Positions 37,389 to 47,243 of a stretch of DNA of 64,000 nt are shown here, piece after piece. Source of the stretch: an uncultured virus (IMG/VR IMGVR_UViG_2923146907_000004) (Duplodnaviria > Heunggongvirae > Uroviricota > Caudoviricetes); IMG/VR virus record IMGVR_UViG_2923146907_000004; one strand, given 5' to 3'. The position numbers and the translations under genes were made by a program. The notes beneath the pieces are model-generated. The model ran no database searches and was not told the origin of the DNA. It worked only from the letters and a program-made list of their open reading frames with translations. The first letter of the stretch is position 1. Each line of letters opens with the position of its first letter.

Positions 37389-37814
37389 ATGCAAGGGCAT
37401 CAACACCCGCACGAGAAGAATGCCGACTGTCACTGCGTGGCATGCCGGCCGCTTGAACGCCCCTGTGATTGTGAGGGCTGCATGAGGCTGATGAGTGGCT
37501 CGGGCAAGCCGCCAGCGCAGGGTATCGGTGTCAAGGGTATCGAGCCCAGGCCCATTGAACTGACGCCGAGCCAGGAAATGTACGTCAACTGGAAGGCTGT
37601 AGGCGCCTTGCCTCCGTTCCAGATGTTCGTTCACGAGCAGGCTCCATGTCCGCCCGACCGCTGCCAGCAGCAGTGGGCTATCGACTACGGTGTGCGCTAC
37701 GGCGCCCAGGTCGGAGACAGGGTGCTGCTGGAGCGCTATGCCCAGTGGCACCAGGCGAAAGGCTACTGGCCAGACGAAACGATCCTCGGTCAACCGGTTG
37801 AAGGAGCGAATTAA
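37389..37814 (+). CDS. Phage hypothetical protein
   Basis: AGGAG RBS; Cys/His-rich N-terminus; start uncertain. Confidence 0.6.
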   Translation: MQGHQHPHEKNADCHCVACRPLERPCDCEGCMRLMSGSGKPPAQGIGVKGIEPRPIELTPSQEMYVNWKAVGALPPFQMFVHEQAPCPPDRCQQQWAIDYGVRYGAQVGDRVLLERYAQWHQAKGYWPDETILGQPVEGAN

Positions 37815-38671
37815 TGGCCGACACCATCGACCTGGACGGCGAAAAATTCGTCTCTCCATCATTCGTCACCAGTGCGACATCGCTCGACGACATCTATACC
37901 GCCTGGGTGGCCGACTTCCAAGGCTCAACGACTGCCTATAACCCTAGCTGGCCGAGCACCGATGATAGTGCGACGCTGCTACCAATCCCGCCGTTGTGGA
38001 CCGGCGGGGCCGATAGGTTGGTTGTTTCAACCGAGTGCGGTGTGGAGATTGTCCCCTACCAGTTCACCTCGGCCAGTACGCACTACTCACAGGCGATCGC
38101 AGGAGTTAGCCGGTACTACTCGATCAACTGCGGGCTGCGCCTGGCGATTATCTTCCACCCGACTGGTGTCGACTCAGGTATTACCAGCTTTTCGGGCAAC
38201 TATAACGCCGACCTGGCGCTATTTCGCGGCACGCATAACCGATCCAGTGAAAACGTCCAATTCGTGGCGCGTGTCGTTCCGGGCAGGCAAATTGATGTGG
38301 CCATCAAGAACACCGCCCAAACTGCTGGACTCCCCATCAAGCTGGTGGTCCTCAACGGCACCACTGTGGTGTCTTCCACCGACCTGACTACGATCGTTCA
38401 GGGTGGTGTCACACTGGTGACATGCTCCATCTACGGTGGAACCGTCTCGGGCACCGTCGTGGACCAGGCTGGCCAGCCTGCTACCCGCATCGTCCATGTT
38501 CACGAGCGCGAAACAGGGTCGGTGATCGGTAGAGGACGCAGCGACTCATCAGGTCTGTTCGAAATTCCGGTCATCGCGAAGGTGGGTACCACCATGTACG
38601 TAGTCGGCCTGGACGATGAGAACTCGCCGCTGATCAACGCTGTGATCGCCGATCGCATCGTGCTGGAGTAG
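37814..38671 (+). CDS. Putative receptor-binding / fibre-associated protein
   Basis: Lower GC; C-terminal beta-sandwich GTV..R.V.V..R.TG..SD..G.F..VIADR. Confidence 0.6.
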   Translation: MADTIDLDGEKFVSPSFVTSATSLDDIYTAWVADFQGSTTAYNPSWPSTDDSATLLPIPPLWTGGADRLVVSTECGVEIVPYQFTSASTHYSQAIAGVSRYYSINCGLRLAIIFHPTGVDSGITSFSGNYNADLALFRGTHNRSSENVQFVARVVPGRQIDVAIKNTAQTAGLPIKLVVLNGTTVVSSTDLTTIVQGGVTLVTCSIYGGTVSGTVVDQAGQPATRIVHVHERETGSVIGRGRSDSSGLFEIPVIAKVGTTMYVVGLDDENSPLINAVIADRIVLE

Positions 38672-38673
38672 CT

Positions 38674-41637
38674 ATGACCACGGGCGTAGAGCTGCGTTTT
38701 GACGCAGTACCCAGCGGCTACGTCCCCTCCAGCAGTCGCAACGTCACGCTGGGTGGCGGCCCGCCGGCGAACCTTCCCGAAGGAACCATCGGAGCTTGGG
38801 GCATTCAGCCACCGCTGCTCTCGCGCGATGCCCGGGTAGTGCGGACAATCCTTCCGGACCCGCACGCATCGGCGGATCTCGACTTCTCTACCGTTGACCC
38901 CGGCTACGTGCCGCCAGCGTCCAATGCTGTGCTGCTTCAGTGGGGTGAGTTGCCGCCGGTAGAGGGCCAAACGGTTTTCCCGGGCGGATTCAGCGATTCC
39001 ATGGTACCGCCACCGGCGATCCGTACTCAGTATCGCTTTGTGTTGCCTGTAGGATCGTCGCACCAAGTGTTCGGCGCCGCCAAGGCTTGGAAGTACAGCA
39101 CGTTCGTTTCGGCCTACGGCTTCAATTCGAACGTCATCGGATCCCACAACGCACAGAACAAGCACCGAACGGTTCAGCCGACCGGATTTGTCGCCTACCA
39201 AAGCGGGCAGGCGAACATCATCAACCGAAACCGCTATGTGGCGGCCGGCAACATTGCGCCGCCGCCGTGGGGCGCGAATCCCACGGTTTGGCTGTACACC
39301 CGCTATCTGAAGCCTGGCGGCCTACTGGCGACCGCGATCCCGGATGTCCACCGCATCAGCCACGAACGCCAGTTCGTGCAGCTCAATGCTGGTGTTCCAG
39401 CGCCAGGCATGGGGACGGCATGGGTCAGTCAGGGAACGCGCGTTCTGGAGCCCATTGGCACGTTTCTGGATGCCGTGGCCAGACCTATGGTCGGCGGCAC
39501 GCGCTTCTTGGAGCCGCCAGGCTGGGATTCCTCGGCATTCGGCACGCGGATCATTCCCGAGTCGCAGACGGTCGCGCCTCAAGGCTTCGCCGAGTTGTGG
39601 GGGCAGCAGGCGATCAACAACTGGCTCACCTTTGCCGAGCCGGCCGGATTCCAGAGCACCGTCCAGGAAGAATACCGCTGGGGCCGCGCAGACGTGTGGA
39701 ACCTGCGCCAGTACGTGGTCCAGGAGTACGACCCGGACAGCGAGTTGAACCCGCCACCCTGGTCGCAGTGGACGCTGGTGGAGAACCGAAACCGTCAAGT
39801 GGGCACCATCGGCGTGCCTTCGCCGCCGGCCGGCTTCCCGCAGATCGACAACAATGCCAGGCCGATCTTGCCAGGCGGCGTGGCGCCGCCGCAGATCACC
39901 ACTGCAGCCATGATTGCCTACGGCCGCCGTTACCTGCCGCTGGAAGGCATCGAACCGCCGCCGATCCTGAATTGGCATGCCGTCTACAACGGCGCGAGGG
40001 TGTTGGTGCCGACCGGGAATGCTCAAAGCGCTTTCGGTGTGGCGAGACTGGAGAACACGCGGCGTTACTTCGACCGCATCGGCGGCTTCGACTCGGTGGA
40101 TATCGGCATCGCGTTCATCGATTTCGCCATTCGCGGTATCAGCATCGAGCCGCGCTACAGCATCGAGCCGCCGGATATCAAGTTGCCCGAGGTCAAGCTG
40201 TACACGCGCTATGTCGATCCGGTAAGCAACGACATGCTGAACATGGGCCTGGCGGCTCTGTCGATCCACTTCAACGCGATCGGGCCGAGGTGGGCGCACA
40301 AAGACCTGTTCGGCGATCCGCGCATCCACAACGTGACGCCGGAGGTCGCGACCTTCGGGGCGAACGCCGAGGAATTCGGTTCGGCCTTCGTGCGCCTGCA
40401 ATGGCGTCCGGTGGCGCCGGACGGCAGTAACATGCAGTTGTTCGGCCAGGCAAAGATCGCCGACCGCAAGCAGACCATCACGGTTCCAGGCACCAACCTG
40501 CTCAGGATGGGCGACAAGCTGGTGGTGACCAAGACCGGCGCGCCGCCGTACTCGCCGCAGAACATCATGGTTGATCAGGCGGTTAACACCGGAGCGGTGC
40601 TCGGAAAGCCCGGTCTGAATCAGTACGTCCTGTACGCGACAGGCATCCGGGCGCCGGACATCGAGGAGCCGACGGTGCGCATCATGGGCGTGAACATCGA
40701 CGCCGGCATCAAGGTGGACGGCTACGGCCTGCCAGCCGTGAGCTTGAAGCTGCGCAAGCTGACGGTGGACGAATGGCCCGACGCTGAAGTGTTCCAGCCA
40801 TCCAAGCCGCGTCTCACGCCGCACACCATCTGGGCGGTGAAGGAGGCACCCGAGCAGGCCAAGCAGAACCATCCAGCCGGTAACCTGCACTATGTAGGGG
40901 AAACGCTGGTTTATCCGCCGGGTGAGCGATTCGGCTCGGCGCGCATCAGCACCTACCTGGGCGTCCTCAAGCCGTCGCCGCTGGGCGACGTGTCGAAGAT
41001 CGGTGAGCACGCGATCTATCTGAAGCGTCGCTACCTAGAGCCGCGGGGTCTGCAGGCATATCGCATGGGGTGGGCGATCGTGGGTGACGGTACACAGTTC
41101 GTGACGCAGTTCGCCGGCGCCGACTCGATGCAGCTCGGCGCGACATCCGTAGCCCGTGGCCCTTACTACGGACCGCAGACTGTGAAGCCTGTCGGCCTGC
41201 CATCGCCCGGTCCTGGGGCGGTGACCTGGGTGTCTCTGCTGAACCGTACCTTCCAACTGGCCGGCTTCGACGCCATGCACATGGGCAGCTCGCGCGGCGA
41301 AGGGCCGTACCAGTGGCAGTCACTGCATGTTGGGCCGCCGATGCCGACCATTCCAAGCGGTACCGACACATCAGTGTTCGGCACAGCCTGGGTTTCGCTG
41401 CGGGTACGAGGGGTTGAGCCGGACGGCTGGGAGTCGTTCATCTGCGAATACGACCCGTCGCACTTCGCGGATCGCATGCGAGTCCGCAACGTCTTCATCC
41501 CACCGGGTCCAAATGCCCAGTCCGTGGCACCTGTAGGGTTGGATTCAGTGGATGTGGGCGTGCCCAATGTGCGGCCAGGTGTCCACTACATCCGCCCTGA
41601 CGGCAACGCCGATCAGTACCGCAAAGGAGCCTTCTGA
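38674..41637 (+). CDS. Large virion/tail structural protein
   Basis: 987 aa with repeated P.G....FG beta units. Confidence 0.7.
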   Translation: MTTGVELRFDAVPSGYVPSSSRNVTLGGGPPANLPEGTIGAWGIQPPLLSRDARVVRTILPDPHASADLDFSTVDPGYVPPASNAVLLQWGELPPVEGQTVFPGGFSDSMVPPPAIRTQYRFVLPVGSSHQVFGAAKAWKYSTFVSAYGFNSNVIGSHNAQNKHRTVQPTGFVAYQSGQANIINRNRYVAAGNIAPPPWGANPTVWLYTRYLKPGGLLATAIPDVHRISHERQFVQLNAGVPAPGMGTAWVSQGTRVLEPIGTFLDAVARPMVGGTRFLEPPGWDSSAFGTRIIPESQTVAPQGFAELWGQQAINNWLTFAEPAGFQSTVQEEYRWGRADVWNLRQYVVQEYDPDSELNPPPWSQWTLVENRNRQVGTIGVPSPPAGFPQIDNNARPILPGGVAPPQITTAAMIAYGRRYLPLEGIEPPPILNWHAVYNGARVLVPTGNAQSAFGVARLENTRRYFDRIGGFDSVDIGIAFIDFAIRGISIEPRYSIEPPDIKLPEVKLYTRYVDPVSNDMLNMGLAALSIHFNAIGPRWAHKDLFGDPRIHNVTPEVATFGANAEEFGSAFVRLQWRPVAPDGSNMQLFGQAKIADRKQTITVPGTNLLRMGDKLVVTKTGAPPYSPQNIMVDQAVNTGAVLGKPGLNQYVLYATGIRAPDIEEPTVRIMGVNIDAGIKVDGYGLPAVSLKLRKLTVDEWPDAEVFQPSKPRLTPHTIWAVKEAPEQAKQNHPAGNLHYVGETLVYPPGERFGSARISTYLGVLKPSPLGDVSKIGEHAIYLKRRYLEPRGLQAYRMGWAIVGDGTQFVTQFAGADSMQLGATSVARGPYYGPQTVKPVGLPSPGPGAVTWVSLLNRTFQLAGFDAMHMGSSRGEGPYQWQSLHVGPPMPTIPSGTDTSVFGTAWVSLRVRGVEPDGWESFICEYDPSHFADRMRVRNVFIPPGPNAQSVAPVGLDSVDVGVPNVRPGVHYIRPDGNADQYRKGAF

Positions 41638-42827
41638 TGGCCACGACTTCCCTGGTGCCGCTGGCCGGCATCAACAACGTCGCCGAAGATGCCGCGCTGC
41701 AACGCGGCGGCGAGAGCCCGAGGCTCTATGTACGTGACGCGGTGAACATAGACCTGTCGCCGGCCGGCAAGGCGCAACTGCGGGCCTCTGCGCGCCAGGT
41801 CACGGACCAGCCGTTCCGCCAACTCTGGCAAAGCCCACTGCACGGCGACGCCTTCGGAGCCCTGGGCGACCAGTGGGGAAAGGTCGATCCGCATTCATGG
41901 ACGTTCGAGCCGCTCGCACAGATCGGCGAAGGGGACCTGTCCCACGAGGTGCTGAACAATCGGGTGTGCGTCGCCGGAACGGCGGGCATCTTCACCTACG
42001 ATGGCGCGCAGGCTGAGCGCCTGACGCTGGACACCCCGGCGCCGCCGCTGCTGGTGGCAGGCGCCGGATCGTTGAGTCAAGGCACCTACGGCGCGGCTGT
42101 GGCGTGGCTGCGCGGCCCCCAGGAGTCGGCGCCGTCGCTGATCGCCTTCGCGGACGTGACCGATGCCGGCGCGCTGGAAGTCACCTTTCCGCTGTGCTTG
42201 GATGCCAGCGTGACCGGCGCGCGCCTCTACCTGACGCGAGCGAATGGTGGCGAGCTGCTGTTGGCCGGCGACTACCCGCTGGGCGCGGCCACGCTCATCC
42301 TGCCGACGCTACCGGAGCTGGGTCGACCGGCGCAGTTCCGCCACCTGTCGCCCATGCCCACCGGCAAGTACCTGGCGTACTGGCGCGGGCGCCTGCTGAC
42401 CGCGCGCGCTAACGTGCTGCGATTCTCCGAAGCGCTGACGTACCACCTGCATGATGAGCGTTACGGGTTCGTGCAGATGCCCCAGCGCATTACCTTCCTG
42501 CAGCCGGTGGACGGCGGGATCTGGGTGGGGCAGGTTGATCACGTCGCCTTTCTCGATGGTATCGACCCGGCAAGCCTGAGCGTGTCGCGCCGTGCATCGC
42601 GGGCTCCGGTGCCTGGTAGTGCGATCCTGGTCCCCGCCGAGGCGGTAGGCACCAACGCATCACCGGATGGCTCGCCGGTCGCCGTGTGGCTGGCGGAGAA
42701 CGGCTACGTCATGGGCACCAGCAGTGGCGCCATCGCCGAAGTTCATGCGGGCGTGCTCACCGGTATCACCGGCCGTGCCGGTACCTCTGTAGTGTTCGAC
42801 CGCCGTCTGCTGACGGCTGTAAGCTGA
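41637..42827 (+). CDS. Virion structural protein
   Basis: TGATG coupling; beta-propeller-like pattern. Confidence 0.7.
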   Translation: MATTSLVPLAGINNVAEDAALQRGGESPRLYVRDAVNIDLSPAGKAQLRASARQVTDQPFRQLWQSPLHGDAFGALGDQWGKVDPHSWTFEPLAQIGEGDLSHEVLNNRVCVAGTAGIFTYDGAQAERLTLDTPAPPLLVAGAGSLSQGTYGAAVAWLRGPQESAPSLIAFADVTDAGALEVTFPLCLDASVTGARLYLTRANGGELLLAGDYPLGAATLILPTLPELGRPAQFRHLSPMPTGKYLAYWRGRLLTARANVLRFSEALTYHLHDERYGFVQMPQRITFLQPVDGGIWVGQVDHVAFLDGIDPASLSVSRRASRAPVPGSAILVPAEAVGTNASPDGSPVAVWLAENGYVMGTSSGAIAEVHAGVLTGITGRAGTSVVFDRRLLTAVS

Positions 42828-42894
42828 ATCACCCCGAATATCGGGCCTTCAATCGCTGCGCAGGAGTGCGGCATGGGACTTCGGAGAGAACCCT

Positions 42895-43485
42895 ATGCAA
42901 CGCATTAGCAGCGCTCTGCGCAAAGAACTGGCCGCCGACCTGGCCACTGGTAGCTTCGACATCACCGAAAACGGCATTGCCTTCCCGCGGCTCAGCGTAC
43001 TGGCCGGTGGCGAATACTTCGGCCGCATCAACAGCGGCGAGTGGGAGAAGGAAGGTGACAACCTGATCCCCACCGAGGGCCTGGCGCACATCCTCAACAT
43101 TGCGCTGGGCAGCAAGCCCAAGGTGTCGTATTTCCTGGCCCTGTTCGCCGGGACGGCAGCACCTGCTGCCAACTGGACCGCCGCCAACTTCGCCGCGGTG
43201 GCCTCGGAGATCACCAGCATGACCGAGGGTTACACCAGCGCTACCCGCCCAGCCTGGACGCCGACCGATACCGCTACCGGTTCCATCGACAACATGAACG
43301 CGGTCGCGACCGTAACCATCGCCACGGCGTCGCAACTCAACGTCAACGGCGCCGCGTTGCTGACCAACAGCACCAAGGGTGGCACCACGGGTGCGCTGGT
43401 ATCGGCGTCGAAGTACGCGGCGACTCGTGTGTTCCAGAACGGCGACACCTACGATATCGGCTACCGGCTGAACCTGACTGTCTAA
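42895..43485 (+). CDS. Virion structural protein
   Basis: GGAG RBS; Thr/Ala-rich. Confidence 0.7.
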   Translation: MQRISSALRKELAADLATGSFDITENGIAFPRLSVLAGGEYFGRINSGEWEKEGDNLIPTEGLAHILNIALGSKPKVSYFLALFAGTAAPAANWTAANFAAVASEITSMTEGYTSATRPAWTPTDTATGSIDNMNAVATVTIATASQLNVNGAALLTNSTKGGTTGALVSASKYAATRVFQNGDTYDIGYRLNLTV

Positions 43486-43489
43486 GCCG

Positions 43490-46087
43490 ATGTATTCGCC
43501 GCGCCCCTACGGACGTTTCGCGGAAGACGCGGAGCTTTCCGCCGACGATGCCGCCGCTGTCGAGCGGCTGGCCAGGAACCTGACGAACTTCAAGCAGGCG
43601 TCTGACCTCGCCAACCTGAAGCGCGTTGCGGGCCTGCCCAGCGGCCGGCAGGCGGTGGCCATCGACATGGGCGGAGTGTTTCGCATCCTGGTGCTCGAGC
43701 AGCATGAGCTTCCGCAATTCCGTTTCGACGGGGTGGCACAGACCAACATCCCCATGCTGTTCTCCGGCGTCATCACCCGCGCCCAGGTGCTGACCGATGG
43801 GCAGGGCGTTGGCATAAGGTTGACCGAGCAGGCCCGGCGCCGGCTGGTGGCCTACGACCCGAAAGCGGCGCTTCCGCCGAAGGACGTGGCGTTGCAACGC
43901 TTCGTCATCAAGTACGAACCTCGTTTCCAATACTTCGAGCCGCGCGAGCAGGGCATCTACACATTCACTCAGTACGTCAAGCAGCGCCCGACCTGGTACA
44001 GCGGCGCCATGGCCGAGGTCATGCAGGTGGCTGGCGGATATGGGCGGCAGGTCATGGCCGAACTGCCAGAGGACGACCTTGAGCGCGCAAGGATGCTGAT
44101 TCCTGAGCGCTACATGCACCGCATCCGCCAGGAAGTCGGCAACGTTCGGCTGCCGGCCTACACAGGCTTTCCGGACGAGCAAGGCCAGTTCAAATGTGAC
44201 TACCTCGCCAGCCGCTGCAACGCCGTCGCTTTCGATGCCGGCAACAGTCCGTGGTTGCTGCAGATCAATGCGCGGGGCGTCTACGCGATGCCGCTTCCTG
44301 TGGTGCCGGCCACCACCACCGAGGCTTTCCGTGACTACGTGCTGGATGTTGGTGACGACGAGCTGCTGAAGCTTCTGGACCGCTTCGGCGGCATGCCTAC
44401 TGGTGAGGGGTTCCCACAGCCGGAACAGGAGTTCGAGGCGTGGCGCCGGGCCGGCGTCATCGTCAAGGTCTGCGACACCGCCGACTTCTACAATTTCGAG
44501 GCCATGTACGCGGCGTGTGGCTGGGCGGTGAACAGCCGAGGCACCGAGGGCTTCAACACCTGCTGGACCTATGACGACGCCGGCCTGATGCAGGTCCATG
44601 CGTACAAGATGAGTCTGTCGCTGGCCCCGGCGGAGAACCAGGGGCGACTGAAGAACACCTGGAATTTCGATGATCCAGACGATGCAGCGAAACTCAACGC
44701 CTACCTGGCCCAGGTCTATGGCGCGCTGACCGATGGCACCGCCAGAGAACTGGCCATCAAGTATAAGATTCGGCGGGTGCCGGCTGGTGAGATTCTCTCG
44801 CGCGCCTCTTCGGCCAGCGGCCCGGATCTGGACTACTGGGACAGCCTGGAACTACCTCCCATCGCCACCCACCAGGGCCGAGTGTCGCGCGTCGCCAGTG
44901 GCCCTTTCTACTGGCCGTCCAAGGTCTTGAAGTCCTGCACCCGCCTGAAGTTCCCCGAACTGACGGGGCAGGGGTGCGAGTCCTTCCCGCACATCTCGCC
45001 CGACTATTCCGGCGGCGCAGTGAAGTGCGACACCATAGTCTTCGGCTGCTATGTCGAGGACCAATTGCGTGTCATCAAGTATTTCTACGACGAACGCAAG
45101 TTCCAGCAGGAAACGACAAGTACGTTCGAGCAGTACATGATCGTCGGCCAGTGGGAGAAGACCGAGACCTTCGGCCTCAGCGGGCTGATGGGGTTCTTCT
45201 ACACGACCGACTTCGACGATCGGCAGGAGCAGCCGGCGGTAACGGTCCATACCAACATCGTCGGCACCGATATGGGCTACGGCAACCCGGCTTACTCCAC
45301 TCCGCCGACGCTTTGGTGCGTCGGCGGCGTGAGCCGGTCCAGGTATTACATGCACCGCACCACGGTAGACACTACCGAGACGTTTACCCTGGACGTGGCG
45401 GCGCTGGTGCCGGTGTTCGAGCGCGATTGCATGCTCTACGCCTACCAGGACCATACCGGGGGACGCAGTTCCCACGAGGAAACGACGCAGGGCTCTGTGC
45501 CTGATCCCACGTCCTACGAACTCTGGTGCTACGACGACATCTGGCACTGGATGGGGCAGACGCGGAACGGGAACCGGGGCGACCCGCCATCCAAGGATGG
45601 GGTGCCTGTCTATGTCGACACGCTGGTCTACAGCCCCACCGAAATCAGCGACTTCGCCGAGAGTGGCAACTGGCTGAACCTGCCACCTGGCGGGTTTCTG
45701 GATGTCACGGGCATCTGTGGGCCGTACACCTACCGCAACTCCGTCCACAACGCCAACGGCGTCATCATCGGCGGCGAGGCGCCAGGCTTCGATCCGTACC
45801 GGAAGGACACCCAGTACCCCAACGAGAGTAGCGGGCGCCTGAGTGTGTGCCTGTCCGTGGCCGGCGCTGTTCAGGTCAACAAGGACATGCCGCACTCGTG
45901 GTACTGGGGCTTCTCGCCCGAGAACGACTTTTACTTCTACCGCGACGCCGTGCATGTCGCCATCGGCGACGCCCGGTACGCCAGCATCTACGAGACGGGC
46001 CAGGATGGACTGCGCCGCCGCTGGGGGCATACCGCACTTGCCGATCACAAGGCGGCCCACCACTTCATAGGGGTTATCAATGAGTGA
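43490..46087 (+). CDS. Virion structural protein
   Basis: 865-aa ORF tiling the late operon. Confidence 0.7.
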   Translation: MYSPRPYGRFAEDAELSADDAAAVERLARNLTNFKQASDLANLKRVAGLPSGRQAVAIDMGGVFRILVLEQHELPQFRFDGVAQTNIPMLFSGVITRAQVLTDGQGVGIRLTEQARRRLVAYDPKAALPPKDVALQRFVIKYEPRFQYFEPREQGIYTFTQYVKQRPTWYSGAMAEVMQVAGGYGRQVMAELPEDDLERARMLIPERYMHRIRQEVGNVRLPAYTGFPDEQGQFKCDYLASRCNAVAFDAGNSPWLLQINARGVYAMPLPVVPATTTEAFRDYVLDVGDDELLKLLDRFGGMPTGEGFPQPEQEFEAWRRAGVIVKVCDTADFYNFEAMYAACGWAVNSRGTEGFNTCWTYDDAGLMQVHAYKMSLSLAPAENQGRLKNTWNFDDPDDAAKLNAYLAQVYGALTDGTARELAIKYKIRRVPAGEILSRASSASGPDLDYWDSLELPPIATHQGRVSRVASGPFYWPSKVLKSCTRLKFPELTGQGCESFPHISPDYSGGAVKCDTIVFGCYVEDQLRVIKYFYDERKFQQETTSTFEQYMIVGQWEKTETFGLSGLMGFFYTTDFDDRQEQPAVTVHTNIVGTDMGYGNPAYSTPPTLWCVGGVSRSRYYMHRTTVDTTETFTLDVAALVPVFERDCMLYAYQDHTGGRSSHEETTQGSVPDPTSYELWCYDDIWHWMGQTRNGNRGDPPSKDGVPVYVDTLVYSPTEISDFAESGNWLNLPPGGFLDVTGICGPYTYRNSVHNANGVIIGGEAPGFDPYRKDTQYPNESSGRLSVCLSVAGAVQVNKDMPHSWYWGFSPENDFYFYRDAVHVAIGDARYASIYETGQDGLRRRWGHTALADHKAAHHFIGVINE

Positions 46088-47243
46088 CTACCGCGACGAT
46101 TCCAACGACACGGCGGTAATCAGCGACTCGGCCTGGATCGGCCTGACCGCGATCAGCGAGGGAACCGCCAGGATCAGCGAGACGGTGCTGTTCGGCCTGC
46201 TGGTGCTGCATACCGACACCGCGGTGGCTTCCGACGAGGCAATTGACCGTCCGGGGCACCTCCTGGCGGACCAAGCACACGCCAGCGACGAGGTGACCGA
46301 CCAGTTGCGCGCCAGGGTGCTGGTGGTTGAAACGGCTACGGCGGGTGATCGCGTCACCGGCACGCTGCGCGTGCTGTATACCGATGGTGCAGTGGTCTCC
46401 GATGCCGTGATAGAGCGCGTTCGCAGCCTGGCCGTGGACAACGCCCACCTGAGCGACGAGGCGCTGGGCACCCGCCACACCTTCACGCTGGTGGTCGATT
46501 CCGCGCGCATCAGCGACAGCACGGGCCAGGCCGCTGCCGCGCTGTTCGAAGACAGCGCCCTGGCGAGCGACGAGGCTTTCGGCAGGCTGCATGCTCGCGT
46601 GTTGCTGACGGACACCGCCGCGCTATCCGACGAGGTGCTGGACGCCCATCAGGCCGTCCAGGAACTGCTGGTTGATGGCGCCCGCGTCGCCGCCATGGTA
46701 CTGGACCACCTGGCCGCACGTGACCTAGTGACGGACTTCGCTCTGGTCGATGGCGAACCCGTGGGCGGCGAGCAGGACGGCGGCCTGGCTTGGACGGCCA
46801 ACGTCGATAGCTGGGCCATGAGCCGCTATGCCCCGTACACCTTCAGCTCGCTGGCAGTGATCGACGGCAAGGTCTACGGTATCGCTGCGGATGGCGTCTA
46901 TGCCCTGGAAGGCGGCAGCGACGCCGTGGCGGGCAGCATCACCACCGGAAAGTTGGACCTGGGGCAGGGCGCACTAGTGCATCCGCATACCGCCTACTTG
47001 GAATACGACCTGGCCGCCGGCGGCCAGGTCACCATGGACGTGACCACCACGCAAAGCGGCGCCGCCGCGACCTACAGCTACCCGCTAGAGAGCGAGCCCG
47101 CCGACGAACTGACTAACGGCCGGTTCAAGTTCGGCCGCGGCCTGCGCGGCAGGCACTTCGCCTTCACGCTGCGCCTGACGGGCCAGCGCGCCTACATCAA
47201 CGACTTGAGCGTCGAATCGGCGCCGACCAACAGGAGAGTGTGA
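46080..47243 (+). CDS. Virion structural protein with ~19-aa acidic repeats
   Basis: Repeated L..D.A..SD units. Confidence 0.7.
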   Translation: MSDYRDDSNDTAVISDSAWIGLTAISEGTARISETVLFGLLVLHTDTAVASDEAIDRPGHLLADQAHASDEVTDQLRARVLVVETATAGDRVTGTLRVLYTDGAVVSDAVIERVRSLAVDNAHLSDEALGTRHTFTLVVDSARISDSTGQAAAALFEDSALASDEAFGRLHARVLLTDTAALSDEVLDAHQAVQELLVDGARVAAMVLDHLAARDLVTDFALVDGEPVGGEQDGGLAWTANVDSWAMSRYAPYTFSSLAVIDGKVYGIAADGVYALEGGSDAVAGSITTGKLDLGQGALVHPHTAYLEYDLAAGGQVTMDVTTTQSGAAATYSYPLESEPADELTNGRFKFGRGLRGRHFAFTLRLTGQRAYINDLSVESAPTNRRV

